A stretch of 61,538 nt of DNA from NCBI GenBank assembly GCA_003427395.1, contig BFEA01000039.1, positions 2,292,594 to 2,354,131 on the forward strand, read 5' to 3'. The position numbers and the translations under genes are program-made. The notes below the pieces were generated by a model, which was given only the letters and a program-made list of their open reading frames with translations, made no database searches and was not told the origin of the DNA. Positions 1-12,800 of this stretch are shown here, piece after piece (position 1 is the first letter of the stretch; each line of letters begins with the position of its first letter). The stretch is from Chara braunii (lineage: Eukaryota; Plantae; Charophyceae).

Positions 1-99
1 GGGGGGGAAGGCGCGGGAAGGCAGGGGGAAGGTGAAGAAAGTCGAGGGTCTAGTAAATCAAGTGTTGGACGGCGTGGAGTGTGAGGGCAATAAGTCAAA

Positions 100-102
100 T
101 CG

Positions 103-139
<37 letters not shown>

Positions 140-160
140 CGAATCAATCAATCAATCAAT
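100..160. repeat. (ATCA)n microsatellite
   Basis: Tandem atcaatcaatca run; complementary (GATT)n runs occur at about 13170-13390. Confidence 0.9.
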
Positions 161-469
161 TAAGAAGGAAAGGGAATCCTTAGCGGATGCTGGGCACCCT
201 ACCGTCTCAACCCGAAAACAAGGTACGTACCTTTTTTTTTTTTTTTCTTTTTTTTTTTGGGAAATATTCAGTATTTCATTACAGCGAAAACCTAGGACGA
301 GGCTGGGGACCTCACAATTCAACCCGGAGTTACCCTGGCAGCATCAGCCCGTTTTGCTTACAATCCAAGCTCGCTGACCTACCTCTATTCTAGGTCCATC
401 CCGACTACTGTTTGAAAACTGGGTCCAACATCCCATGCTAAGACCAAAGTCTTTCCAAAAATCAAACCT

Positions 470-2350
470 CGAAGCACCGGGAAAAAGGGGGCCGCCACAC
501 ACACAAAGGCACAAACATACACTCACAGGGATGCACATAAGAACACAGACACACAGAAATACACAGACATGGAGACATAGACACAAACACGCACAAACAG
601 TCGTGTTTACACAACACACACAGACACGCAGACACAGACAAACACACAAACAAAGATACACATAGACGCACACTGGTAGACACACACACAAGAACGCAGG
701 CACACAGACACACACAAACATAAAGACACAGGCTTGTAGTGACAAAAAGTTCCCCCAGAACCAATCACTTTCGCCTGCACCACTCGTGTTTACACACAGA
801 CACACGCACACAAGGACACAGTGAGACACACAGATACACGGACAACGACACACACAACGACAAAGATACGCACAGACACACGCACAAACTCACGGCCACA
901 CACGGACAAAGGCACACACGGACGCACTGACACAGTCTGTGTCTTTGTTTGTATGTCTTTTTGTGCACCGCACAGGAACACAGACTCAGCCCATGTCCGT
1001 GTTTTAATGCGCATGTGTTTATGTGTGTTTGTGTCTGTTTCTGTGCCTATGTATGTCTGTGCACAGTGGCACAGACTAACGCAAGCACGTTCCCAAAATT
1101 GTTATAAGCCTATAACCACTTTCATTTGTAGCAGTCGAGTTCACACACAGACAGACGCACACAAGGACACAGTTAGACACACACAGACAAACACAACCAC
1201 AAACACAACCAAACACACACAGGCACAAACGCACACAACCAGACACACAAGAACACACAGATACACACACACACACACGCACACACACACACACGCAAAC
1301 ACAGGTACATGCACACACAGATACACACACACTCACAGACAGCCACACACACAAACACAGACACACTGACAAACAGACACACAGACACACATAAAGACAA
1401 AGGCCTGAAAGCGGTCCCCAAAGTGTTTAAGGCCTACAAGCACCTTCGCATATTTTTCTGCTCGAGGCCGCCACACACACAAAGGCACAAACATACACTC
1501 ACAGGCACGCACACAAGAACACAAGCACAGAGACATACACAAACATTCAGACATAGACACGCACATACACAAATAGAGACACACACAAAAACACACACAA
1601 AAACACAAGCTTAAAATGCTGAAAAGTTTCCCCAAGAAAATTACAGGCCTATAATCACTGTTAGGCACACACACAAGAACACAGGCACACAGACACACAG
1701 ACACACATAGACATAAAGACACTGGCTTGTATTGTCAAAAAGTTTCCCCATAACCAGTACAGGCATTTAATAACTTTCGCCTAAAGACACAGGCTTGTAT
1801 TGTCAATCAGTTTCCTCATACGCACACAGACACACACAGACACACACAGACATAAAGACATAAAGACACAGGCTTGTATTGTCAATCAGTTTCCCCATAC
1901 GCACACAACCATACACACAAGAACACACAAATACACAAACACACAGACACGCACACACACACACACACGCAAACACAGGTACACATACACACAGACACAC
2001 ACACGCAAAAACAACATTACACACAAATAGAGATACACAGACACACATAAGGACAGAGGCCTGAAAGTGGTCCCAAAAGTGTTTAAGGCCGACAAGCACC
2101 TTTGCCTTGCCTGCCACACACAGAGGCACACATACAGACACAAACAATGACGCGCACACAGGCACAGACGCACACACACGAAGAGAGACACACAGACACG
2201 AAGAGAGAGACACACACAGACACACACACAAAAAGACACCTTTGTCAGTTGTGTTTGCACATAGACACACGCACACAAGGACACAGGGAGACACACACAG
2301 ACACACGAACACTGACACACACACAGACATACACGGGTATAGAGACATAC
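470..2350. repeat. CA-rich complex (degenerate microsatellite-built) repeat array, left arm
   Basis: Degenerate (CA)n blocks interleaved with recurring modules such as gtggtcccaaaagtgtttaaggcc..aagcacctttgccttgcctgccacac and ggcctataatcact; the same modules recur at 8180-12800. Confidence 0.9.
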
Positions 2351-2395
2351 AGGCAAAACAAGCCGGGGTGTTAGGGCCCTGTAACCAGTCTTGCC

Positions 2396-3250
2396 GTGCT
2401 TGACATTTGTTTTGGATGCCTCTTTGCGTGCAGTCCATTCGTGACGATGAAGACATCCCGAGGTGTGAGGGGTGCGAGCAAGGGGAGGAGTGCAAGAACA
2501 ACCAGCACAGTGTTTTCCCGGGAGCAGCCGGCGTGCTCCGGAAGGGTTGTGCAGCAAAGGCAACCACCGGAGCAGAACGCCGTTCAAGACGCATGGGGAG
2601 AGGATGATTTTCCCCAAATGGGAGAAGGAGATAAGGAAGAATATGTTCTAGAAGAAGGAGAGTTCGAGGAAGGAGGAGGCGTAGGAGAGGGAGAGGAAGG
2701 AGAGGGAGAGGAAGGAGAGGGAGAGGAAGCAGAGAAAGAGGAAGAGGAAGGAGGAGGCGAGGGAGAAGAAGATGATGATGAAGAAGAAGAAGAACAAGAA
2801 GAAGAAGAAATAGAGGACGAGGATGGAGGAGAAGAAGATCCAATGGAGGAGGACGACAGTTGGCAGAGAGAGTTCCTTGAGTCGAGGCCTGTTCGCAGCG
2901 ACTTCAAGTACTTCTTTTGGGCCGTGTATGTCGCAGCTGGATTAACTTTTCTTCACGTCGAGAGCACCGGCAACGGTGTCTATCTAGAAATTGGCGAAAT
3001 TTTATTTGCACTGCACGTGATGGAGAAATATCTCATCACGGAGTTGTGGGTCGTTATCAAGGGCAAACTCCCAAAATGTCTGTTGAAGGGGGATAAATTA
3101 ATGCCCATGCAGATGCCCATCCAAAACAGGAAATTGTTGACATTAAATAAGATTGGTTGCAAGGTAAATGCTCTCATCTCCCCTAAAATTCCCACTGCAT
3201 CTCTCTTTGCAGGAAGTTGCAGAGTTGCAAGTTTCACTCCGCTTCTTTGA
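2396..3250 (+). CDS. Hypothetical protein with a Glu/Asp-rich low-complexity tract; possibly the first exon of the downstream ParB-MTase gene
   Basis: 284-aa ORF (likely start ATG 2447, MKTSRG) with an acidic tract at about 2620-2860 followed by a globular-looking segment; possible splice donor AAG|GTAAAT near 3163. Confidence 0.4.
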   Translation: MLDICFGCLFACSPFVTMKTSRGVRGASKGRSARTTSTVFSREQPACSGRVVQQRQPPEQNAVQDAWGEDDFPQMGEGDKEEYVLEEGEFEEGGGVGEGEEGEGEEGEGEEAEKEEEEGGGEGEEDDDEEEEEQEEEEIEDEDGGEEDPMEEDDSWQREFLESRPVRSDFKYFFWAVYVAAGLTFLHVESTGNGVYLEIGEILFALHVMEKYLITELWVVIKGKLPKCLLKGDKLMPMQMPIQNRKLLTLNKIGCKVNALISPKIPTASLFAGSCRVASFTPLL

Positions 3251-3269
3251 AGTCGCAGATCTTCAGTTT

Positions 3270-3537
3270 CAGGCCTATAACTTCCACGGCGTATCCGAGA
3301 GTTATAGGCCTATAACTTCCATGGCGTAACCGAAAGTCATAGGCCTACAACTTCTACGTCGTACCCGAAGTTGCAGGCCTTTAACTTCCACGTCTTGTCC
3401 GCGTCTTACTCGCTTCCGGGGAGTTATAGGCCTATAACTTTCACTGCGTCTTCCTTGCTTCCGGCAAGTTATAGGCCTATAACATTCATTGCGTCTTCCT
3501 CGCTTCCAGAAGTTTGACTCTTTGAGGTTGCAGGCCT
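3270..3537. repeat. Array of AGTTATAGGCCTATAACT-type palindromes (7 AGGCCT cores, initial period about 35 bp)
   Basis: AGGCCT at 3271, 3306, 3341, 3375, 3428, 3473 and 3532; perfect 18-bp palindromes at 3300-3317 and 3422-3439. Confidence 0.9.
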
Positions 3538-3633
3538 GGAATGTGTTACTCACATTTGTGTTGTTCTATTGCACTTGTCGTACGCATGTTGCTCTAAGTG
3601 TGTGTTATAGGCATATAAGTTTCTCTGACACAC

Positions 3634-6550
3634 TTGGTCGACTGTTGTTTTTTTGTTTGCTTCCAATGTGTTGCGCAACCTTCCGTGGAAGGACTTTCTG
3701 ACTTCTTGCGACCAAATTTGGATGTGAAACTTCTTCCTTCTAAGTACGCAGAGCAAGCAGAAAAATCACAAACTCCAACGACGACGACCACGAGGGGTGG
3801 CTCGAAAGCGAGGTCACAACGCCCCAGAGATGTGATTTCTCCTCAAACCATTGTCGGGTCTTCCGGTAGTTTGGAAAGGGGATCGGGCACAAAGATGGTT
3901 CTTGGGAAGATTCGCGGGAAGAAAACAGTCACAGAGGGTCCGCCTCGTCTGGAAGGGCAACGGGAGGGGAAGACGAGGGAAGAGGAAATCCAGGTACCCC
4001 AAGGTTTCGTGCCGAACGAGTGCACGGAAGATTTGATACAAACTTGGGAGGAGTTGAAGAGTTTGAAGGAGAAGAAGCTTTCACACGAGTTTTTTTAATT
4101 GCCAATGAGATGTTTGAAGAGGTCACCCCTAGTGAATGGGAAAAAACCAATGGAGGTGAGAGAGTCGAACGAGGACCATGTGAAGTTCATCATGGACTCC
4201 ATGCTGAAGCAGCCAACTGGAGATCATCTTCCCTTCGTTGGCCTCGTCGACCCTGCCCAGGCCGGGCGCAAAGAAGACGTGAGCTTGATGAAACTGAGAG
4301 CCAGCGACTACGACATTTTTGTGCTTGGTGCTGGCCACAGTCTGGAAGCGAGGGAGCGGTTAGCACGCACGAATCCCGACAACGAGGAGTACCAGTACAA
4401 TATCTGCTATGTTTACGTTGGCCTCACGATCGGTGAGGCGAGGCAGGTTGCCCACAGGCATAACCTTGCGGCGGGTTACCACAGGGACTTGAACTTCATC
4501 GAGAAGCTCAGGTGTTGACGCCAAGTCTTTGAGAACAGAGGGTGCATTAAGTCGCAAGAAGTGAAGCTCGCTTGCCTGAAAGAAGCAGGGATTCTGAATG
4601 AGGCTAAGAAATTGAACGCCCAAGACCCGTTGCTGCAGTATGCTTTCAAGCCCCAAGAGATTTGGAAGCTCATGTGTAAGATCATGAGCATGTGGCAGAA
4701 GGGCGAGGTCAAAGGCCAGAAACTGAAGCTGGTTGCGAGGAGCTTCTTGAAAGCGGACCAGGATCTAGAAACGAGCGAGTTCGAGGGCGCGAAGAAAAGC
4801 CAGCGTGGGAAGAGGCTTGATAGGGCAGCTGCGAAGGAACAAGAAATGACGTTTTTTTATCCTCGGGTGCAACTGCAGGGTAACAGGGTCCGCATGGTTG
4901 TCGAGGACATGCCAGCACAACACTGGATAGTCATGGGTAGTATGGCTCCAGAGAACGCCGTCCCTATCCTCCTTGAGGTCATTGCGAAGCAGATCTCGCT
5001 CAAGGAGATGGAGAAGAAGTTCCAGCTTGTCAAACAAATTGCCTACGTCTGCAAGGCATTCGCAGTAGGGGTGGGTGCTGCTGACTTCAAGAGGGCCAAA
5101 AAGGAGTATCCTCTCCACACGAAGAAAGAGATTTTGGAGAAGTTCGTTGGTGGCATCAGAAGGGGTGAGACGAGTATCCCCGCACTAGATGGCCATATTA
5201 AACGGGCTTTAGAATGAAAGAACAAGGAAAGGAGACTGCAAGCAAAGAAGGTTATTCACGTGTTCCGTTCGAAACCTCTTGTGGGACCGTTCGTCGACTG
5301 GACGGAGGTGACACACGACAACGACTCGGCGGAAGTGAAAATTATNAATGGCGACATGCGCTTGTTGTCGAAGCTGCAGGCAGAAAAGTTGNCGATATCT
5401 CTGGCTATTTTCAACTTCCCTTACGGGTTCGCGCACGAGGGTCACGCATCTGATAATGAGTTGTTTCCAGAGTCGGACGTTNTGGAGGTTCTTCACAATC
5501 TGAAGGACGTTTCCAGTGCCCCGTTGTGGACAGTTGCGGGATTCTNTTCGGTGGACATGCTTCCTTCCATCCGCTCCNCNTTCCGGGAAGTTTGCAATGC
5601 AGGGCAGGAGCTTTTGACGTGGTGCAATCCTAATGTGACAAATCTAGGTGGGCCTCGGCTTGTGAGTGCGACCAAATTCTGCGTGCTGGGCTATTACAGC
5701 GAGACTGGGCAACGCGAGATGGCGCACTACAATTTTGATCCCACTGATATGCGTCACAATTTCCAGCTCTTCAACGTTGTGATGCAGAAGTACCAGCACC
5801 CTGGTGGCGGTGTCCTCTGCCCATACCACAAGCCGTATACTTTGTACTCCTGGCTTGTGAACAAATTCTCTCCCACAGGGGCCTGCGTTCTAGATGGTTT
5901 TTCCGGTTCCCACACAGGCACCATAGCGTGCGTCAAGGCAAATCGGGAATTGCCTTTTGGTGCAGATAAACACCAAGTGCGCTAAGGTAATCGCCACGAG
6001 GCTTCTGACAGACATCGGCGACACACTTGCTCGCGAAACGCCAAAGCGGAAAGAAAAGGTCGCACAAGGCAGCCCGACCTCTAAGTTGTCTGAGGATACG
6101 AAGTCTGCCGAAAATGAACTCGTGCCCGCTGAAGACACGGGCACTCCTGCTGGAGTGGCGGACAGCGTTGAGGCTGTCGTTATCGGGCCGTCAGGTGCGA
6201 GTTTGCCCACTGCCGTGGCAGCTGCCGGCCCGTCCGGTGTGGAGTAAACTGTTACCGGTGCTGAGCCCGCTATCATTGTGCCTCTTCCCGGTGAGGGTAG
6301 ACCTGTGCCTGCTTCCATGCCTGCTCCCAACGTTGTTCCCGAAGTTAGACCAGAGGCTGAGACGCAACCTGCGTCCGGGCTTGTTCAGCAGAGTGTCTTG
6401 AGCCTCGCCATAAGCCAGGAATCGAGGAGGACCACGACTGGCGGCAGGAAGAGGCGCAAACGAAAGGCAGGCGGTGAAGAGGTGTCGAGCCCGCTAGGTG
6501 GGGTAACGATTGGCCTCAAGGCCAACACTCGCTCACGGACTGCGAAGTGA
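3634..6550 (+). pseudogene. ParB/Srx-like domain + helical region + beta-class N6A/N4C DNA methyltransferase fusion, disrupted by stops and one frameshift
   Basis: ORFs 3634, 4099, 4561 and 5260 share one frame, separated by single stops (TAA 4096, TGA 4516, TGA 5215). ParB-like motifs: VRESNEDHVKFIMDSM..PFVGLV..YDIFVLGAGHSLEARERL..ICYVYVGLTIGEARQVAHRHN..DLNFIEK. MTase motifs: IxNGDMRLL..ISLAIFNFPYG (DPPY-like motif IV), then HKPYTLYSWLVNKFSPTGACVLDGFSGSHTGTIACVKANR (motifs X and I). A +1 frameshift near 5946 restores NRNCLLVQINTKCAKVIATRL, and that frame runs through TAA 6245 to 6550. Confidence 0.8.
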
Positions 6551-6574
6551 TTGAGGCCACAATGTATCCTTTGG

Positions 6575-6810
6575 ATATAGGCCTATATGTCATGTGTGGA
6601 CACACACTTTCGATATAGGCCTATATTACATGTGTGACCTCAAACCACACATGCAATATAGGCCTATATTGCATGTGTAGACACGCACTTTCGATATAGG
6701 CCTATATTGTATGTGTGGCCTCAAACCACACATGCAATATAGGCCTATATTGCATGTGTGGACACGCACTTTCTATATAGGCCTATATTGCATGTGTGGC
6801 CTCAAGTCAC
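6575..6810. repeat. Tandem array (81-bp unit, 38+43) of ATATAGGCCTATAT palindromes directly after the MTase gene
   Basis: AGGCCT at 6579, 6617, 6660, 6698, 6741 and 6779; perfect 32-bp (6647-6678) and 36-bp (6726-6761) palindromes. Confidence 0.9.
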
Positions 6811-6849
6811 TTTCGTGTTCTGCCGACTCTCGTCTTCTCCTTCCGCTTG

Positions 6850-7945
6850 TTCTTTTCAAACCACGGATCGCCCGCGATAATGACAGAAGGTCCACGAGCT
6901 GCCGTTTGTTGGCGTCAAATAATGATTTGCTTGGTACATTCCGGTCAAGGAGCCAAAGCAAGATCGAAAACGATCCATGTAGCAAGGATTGCACCTCTCG
7001 CAATTGGTGCGAGAGGAGAAACCAAGCTTTATTCGTTCACGAGTCTTCAGTTAGCATCACATGGTCAAAATGAGGATTCCTGTGGTTTGTGGTCTAGGAG
7101 TTGCTATTTGTTGATGTCGAATAATGATTTGCTTGGTGCGTTTCGGTCAAAGAGTTGAAGCAGGATCGACAACGGTCCATGTACCAAGGATTGCGCCTCT
7201 CGCAATTGGTGCGAGAAGAGAAACCAAGCCTTATTCGTACACGAGCCTCCTCTGGTGAGTGTTGCTTTGCCTGGATCCCTCCCATGATTGATCGTCGCCC
7301 CTACGTCGTCGGAGTGTGTGCTGCTTTGCCTGGATGTCGCTCCCAAGATTGGTTGTCGTCCCTTCATGGTTGGAGTTGTGTGGTTTGGCACATGACTTTG
7401 TTTTCTGCAGAATTGTTATTGTGTAGAGTAGGCTAGCTTTTTGTTTTTTAGGTCGTGGAAGTGGGAACCAGGCGCACTCGGTTCGTGGTTCAGACCGCAG
7501 TAGGTCGACAATTTTGAGAGTGTCATCACTACTGGGAATTATGTGTTCTGTCGTGCATTGTAGCCATTTAGAGGAACGAGGCCTGGGGAGGTCGACCCAG
7601 TGGTACTCACCACAGGTGTGGTAGTTTTCGGGGACAGGAGGTACTTTAGTTTGCCTTTCCCATGATTGGTCGTCGTTCCTTCGTCGTTGGAGTTGTGTGG
7701 TTTGACACATGGCTTTGTTTTTTGCAGAATTTTTATTGCGTGGAGTAGGCTAGCTCTTTCCTTTTTAGGTCGTGGAAGTGGGAACCAGGCGCACTCGGTT
7801 CGTGGGTCAGACCGCAATAGGTCGACAATTTTGAGAGTGTCATCATTACTGAGAACCTTGTGTTCCGTTGTACATTGTAGGCATTTCGAGGAACGAGGCC
7901 TGGGGAGGTCCACCCAGGGGCACTCGGCACAAGTGTGGTAGGTTT
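6850..7945. repeat. Two local tandem duplications (about 200-bp and about 310-bp units)
   Basis: About 6900-7045 resembles 7095-7250 (aataatgatttgcttggt..cgcaattggtgcgag..gaaaccaagc); about 7345-7625 resembles 7660-7945. Confidence 0.8.
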
Positions 7946-8179
7946 GGTTACATTGTGGTACTTTAGTTTACACGTGGAATGACTTAGTGGAGCATTTATG
8001 GTTTACTTCTTTTGTCGGGTTTGGTTCAGTTCTTTTGTTGGACTTTTCTTTTTTTCTAAAGGTTAATTTTTATAACCCTCTATTTTTTTTTCTAAAGGTT
8101 GTTTCTGATAACCCTCTCATTTTCATTCGTGAGTTCTTGTTCACTTACCTTTGGGTGGACGACCTCTCTCTCTCTCTCT

Positions 8180-8679
8180 CTGTGCCAGCCGAGTTTACAG
8201 ACAAACACACGCACACAAGGACACAGTTAGACACACACAGACAGACACAACCACACACACACAACCAAACGCACACAGGCACAGACGCACACAACCACAC
8301 ACACGAGAATGCACAGATACACACACACAGACACGAACACAGGTGCTCACAAACACATACACACACACACTCACAGACACCACCACGCACACACAGACAG
8401 CCGCACACATAGATATAGACACACACACAAACACGCACACAAACACACATAAAGACATGGGCCTGCAGGTGCTCCCAAAAGTGTTGTAGGTCTGCAAGCA
8501 GTTTTGCCTTGCCTGCCACACACGCACAGAGGCACACACAGACACAAACAACCACGCGCACACAGACACACACAAACACAGACGCACACTCAAAGACTCA
8601 CACACAAGAACACAGGCACACAGACACACACACAGACACGCAAGCACACACACACACAAAAAAAGAGATACACACACAG

Positions 8680-8714
<35 letters not shown>

Positions 8715-9808
8715 GACACAGGCTTGAAGTTTTAAAAAGTATTCCCAGAACCGTTTCAGGCTGATTTGTTTGTTATCTCAAAAAAACATGTTTACAGTCC
8801 TGCAAGATGTATGACACGATAAACGTATTCGGGGGGTTTTCGAACGCCCAAACATGTTCTTGAACATATTCTCTCAAACCAGAGCGAACATATTGTTTTC
8901 TACTGTTTTTTTGTTTTTTCTCTTAATAAATTTTGAACTGGTGTACCTCCCTGGCAAAAGTTAATTGCACTTTTACTTTAAACAACCACGCACGTGGTTA
9001 GATGCATCAGCCTCAAGTACGCAAACACAGAGACACAGATACACGGACACAGACACACACAACAACACACGCACACGGACACACACACAGACACATACAC
9101 ACACAGATACATACAACGACACACGCACACAGACACATACGGACACACTGACACAGTCCGTGTCTGTGTTTGTATGTTTTTTGTGTACCACACACGAACA
9201 TAGACTCAGCCCGTGTCCATGTTTTCATGTGCATGTGTTTATGTGTGTTTGTGTTTATTTCCGTGTGTGTGTCTTTGAGTGTGTACACTAGCATAGACTA
9301 ACACAAGCACACACACACAAAGTAACATTCTCTTGAACTTTTATAGGCCTATAATCACTTTCGTATGTGCCAGTCGAGTTTACACACAGACACACACACA
9401 GAAGGACACAGTTAGACACACATAGACAGACACAACCACACACACACAACCAAACACACAAAGGCACAGACGCATACAACCACACACACAAGAACAGACA
9501 GACACACGCACACATATGTACACATACACACAGCCAGACACACACAACTACGCACACACAGACAACCACACACACAAACACAGACATACAAACAAACACA
9601 TAAAGATAGAGGCCTGGAAGTGGTCCCAAAAGTGTTTAAGGCCTACAAGCACCTTTGCCTTGCCTGCCACACACACAGAGGCACACACACAGACACAAAC
9701 AACCATGCCCACACAAACACAGACGCACACACAAACATACGCATTTAATCACTTTCGCTTGTGCCAGTCGTGTTTACACACAGACAGACGCATGCAACAA
9801 CACAGTTA

Positions 9809-9881
<73 letters not shown>

Positions 9882-12119
9882 AGACACAGACACACACACA
9901 TACACACGGATAAATTGGCACATACACACACAAGCACACACAGACAAAGTCACAAACACACACAACCACACATCGAAAAGTGTTCCCAAAACTGTTAAAG
10001 GCCAAGAAGCACCTTTGCCCGAGGTTGCCCACGTTCATTGTGTGCGCATGCATTTAATCCATGCACATGCACACACATGATTGGTTGATTGGTTGGTTGG
10101 TTTTTTGATTGATTGATCCACGCACATGCACACACGCACAAACTTGATTGGTTGATTGGTTGATTGATTGGTTGGTTGCATGCCTGCAATCAATCAATCA
10201 ATCGATCAACCAATCAGTCCAAAAAAAGGTCCTACAAAATTGCTTTAGAGAGTCTCTAAAATCTTGAAAATAGTTGAAGTCTTGTAAATAATGTTTGTTT
10301 TAGACACAGACACACATACAGTGTCACACAAACAGAGATACACACAGACACACACACACACACATCTAGACACAGGCTTGAAGTTCTGAAAACTATTCCC
10401 AAAACCGTTTCAGGCTCATTTGTTTGTTATCTCAAAAAAACATGTCTATAGTCCTGCAAGATGTATGACACGATAAACGTATTCGGGGTTTTTTCAAACG
10501 TTCAAACATGTTCTCAAACATATTCTCTCAAACCTGAGCGAACATATTGTTTTCTACTGTTTTTTTGTTTTTTTTTAAATTAATTTTGAACTGGTGTACC
10601 TCCCTGGCAAAAGTTGATTGTATTCTTACTTTAAATAACAAATATTTTTTGCTAAGGGTATTTTTGTTAACTCAAAATTTATTTATAGTCCTGAAAATTA
10701 GTTTTCGCAAATCTTGGTTTTCACCTAACTGCTAAACAGGGCCGCCTGCGGCACACTTAGTGCCAATGGACTGTGATAGCCCTTTGGATACCGCTGATTG
10801 GTATTAACGGGGTCTATGACCAACACGGGTGTGAGTGTGAGCGCGAGTGGGTTGTGCGTGGTGTGTGGGAGAGTGTTGGTCATAGCATCTGCTGCTACTT
10901 GATGAAGGGTGGGGGACGATGAGAAAGGGCGACACAGCTACTGGCAGATGTAGGTCAGCCTTTGCTGCTACTCGATGAAGGGTGGGGGACGATGAGAAAG
11001 GGAGGCACAACTACTGGCAGGTCTCGGTCTTTGTGTTAGGGACGATGAGCTAACGACAAGTGTTTGTGGTCTGTTACAAAGAATACCAAAAGTGTGGGGA
11101 CCAACTACTCGAGGTCTTCGCCCTTACAAAGAAAGGAAAACAAGAAGGAAAAAAAGAACTCACCAGATGCACACACGCACACATACGCATGTGCACATAC
11201 ACACACATGATTGGTTGATTGGTTGATTGATGGATTGGTTAGATGCACCAGCCTCAAGTACGCAAACACAGACACGCAGACACAGACACGCACACAAACA
11301 GAGGTACACAAAGACGCACACTGGGAGTCACACACGCAAGAATGCAGGCACACAGACACACACAGACACACAGACATAAAGACACAAGCTTGAAGTGTCG
11401 AAGAATTTCCCCATAACTATTATAGATCTTTAATTACTTTCGCCTGCGCCAGTCGTGTTCGTACACAGACACACGCACACAAGGACACAATTAGACACAC
11501 ACAGACACACGGACACGGACACACACAACGACACACGCACACAGACACACACATGGACATGCACACAGACACAAACACACACAGACACATTCAATGACAC
11601 ACGCACACAGACACATACGGACACACTGACACAGTCTGTATCTATGTTTGTATGCTTTTTGTGTACCACACACGAACACAGACTCAGCCCATGTCTGTTT
11701 TTTCATGTGCATGTGTTTCTGTGTGTTTGTGTTTGTGTCTGTTTCCGTGTGTGTGTCTTTGAGTGTGTACACTGGTACAGACTAACACAAGCACACACAC
11801 ACAAAGTAATATTCCCCGTGTGTGTGTCTTTGAGTGTGTACACTGGTACAAACTAACACAAACACACACACACAAAGTAACATTCCCCAGAACTGTTATA
11901 GGCCTATAATCATTTTCGTCTGTGCCAGTCGAGTTTACACACAGACACACGCACAGAAGGACGTAGTTAGACACACACAGACAGACACAACCACACACAC
12001 ACAACCAAACACATACAGGCACAGACGCACACAACCACACAGATACACACATACACACACGCGCACAGATACACACACACATACACACACACACAGATAC
12101 ACACACACACACACAGACA

Positions 12120-12211
<92 letters not shown>

Positions 12212-12800
12212 CACAGGTAAACATACACACAGACAGACACACACAACCACGCACATACAAACAGCCACACACACATACAAACACATAAAGACAGAGGTCT
12301 GAAAGTGGTCCCAAAAGTGTTTAAGGCCTGCAAGCACCTTTGCCTTGCCTGCCACACACACACACAGGCACACACACAAACACAAACAACCACGCACACA
12401 CAGGCAGACGAATTTAATCACTTTCGCCTGCGCCAGTCGTGTTTACACACAGACGGACGCATGCAAGAACACAGTTAGACACACAGACACACACAAACAC
12501 ACGCATACATTGGCACAGACACACGCAAGCACACATAGACAAAGTCACAGACACACACAACCACACATCGAAAAGTGTTCCCAAAACTGTTAAAGGCCAA
12601 GAAGCACCGTTGTTCGAGGTTGCCTGTGTGCATGCATTCAATCCATGCACATGCACACACATGATTGGTTGATTGGTTGGTTGGTTGATTGATTGATTGA
12701 TCCACGCACATGCACACACGCACACACGCACACACTTGATTGGTTGATTGGTTGATTGATTGGTTGTTTGCATGTCTGCAATCATTCAACCAACCAAGCA
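8180..12800. repeat. CA-rich complex repeat array, right arm, in the same orientation as the left arm
   Basis: Same modules as 470-2350, plus pure (CA)n runs; internal duplication of about 8715-8975 at 10365-10630; non-CA insert at about 10740-11160 with a roughly 73-bp tandem duplication. Confidence 0.9.

Noticed and set aside
344-2400. Many long Cys/Val- or His/Thr-rich ORFs (also at 8100-12800)
   Set aside because: They are translations of degenerate (CA)n/(TG)n repeats that lack stop codons, not genes
1803-2907. Leu/Pro- and Ser-rich minus-strand ORFs
   Set aside because: Antisense shadow of the GAG/GAA-rich acidic tract and the CA repeat
3270-3537. CRISPR-like appearance of regularly spaced palindromes (also 6575-6810)
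   Set aside because: The spacers are homologous to each other, the repeats are short, there are no cas genes and the context is eukaryotic
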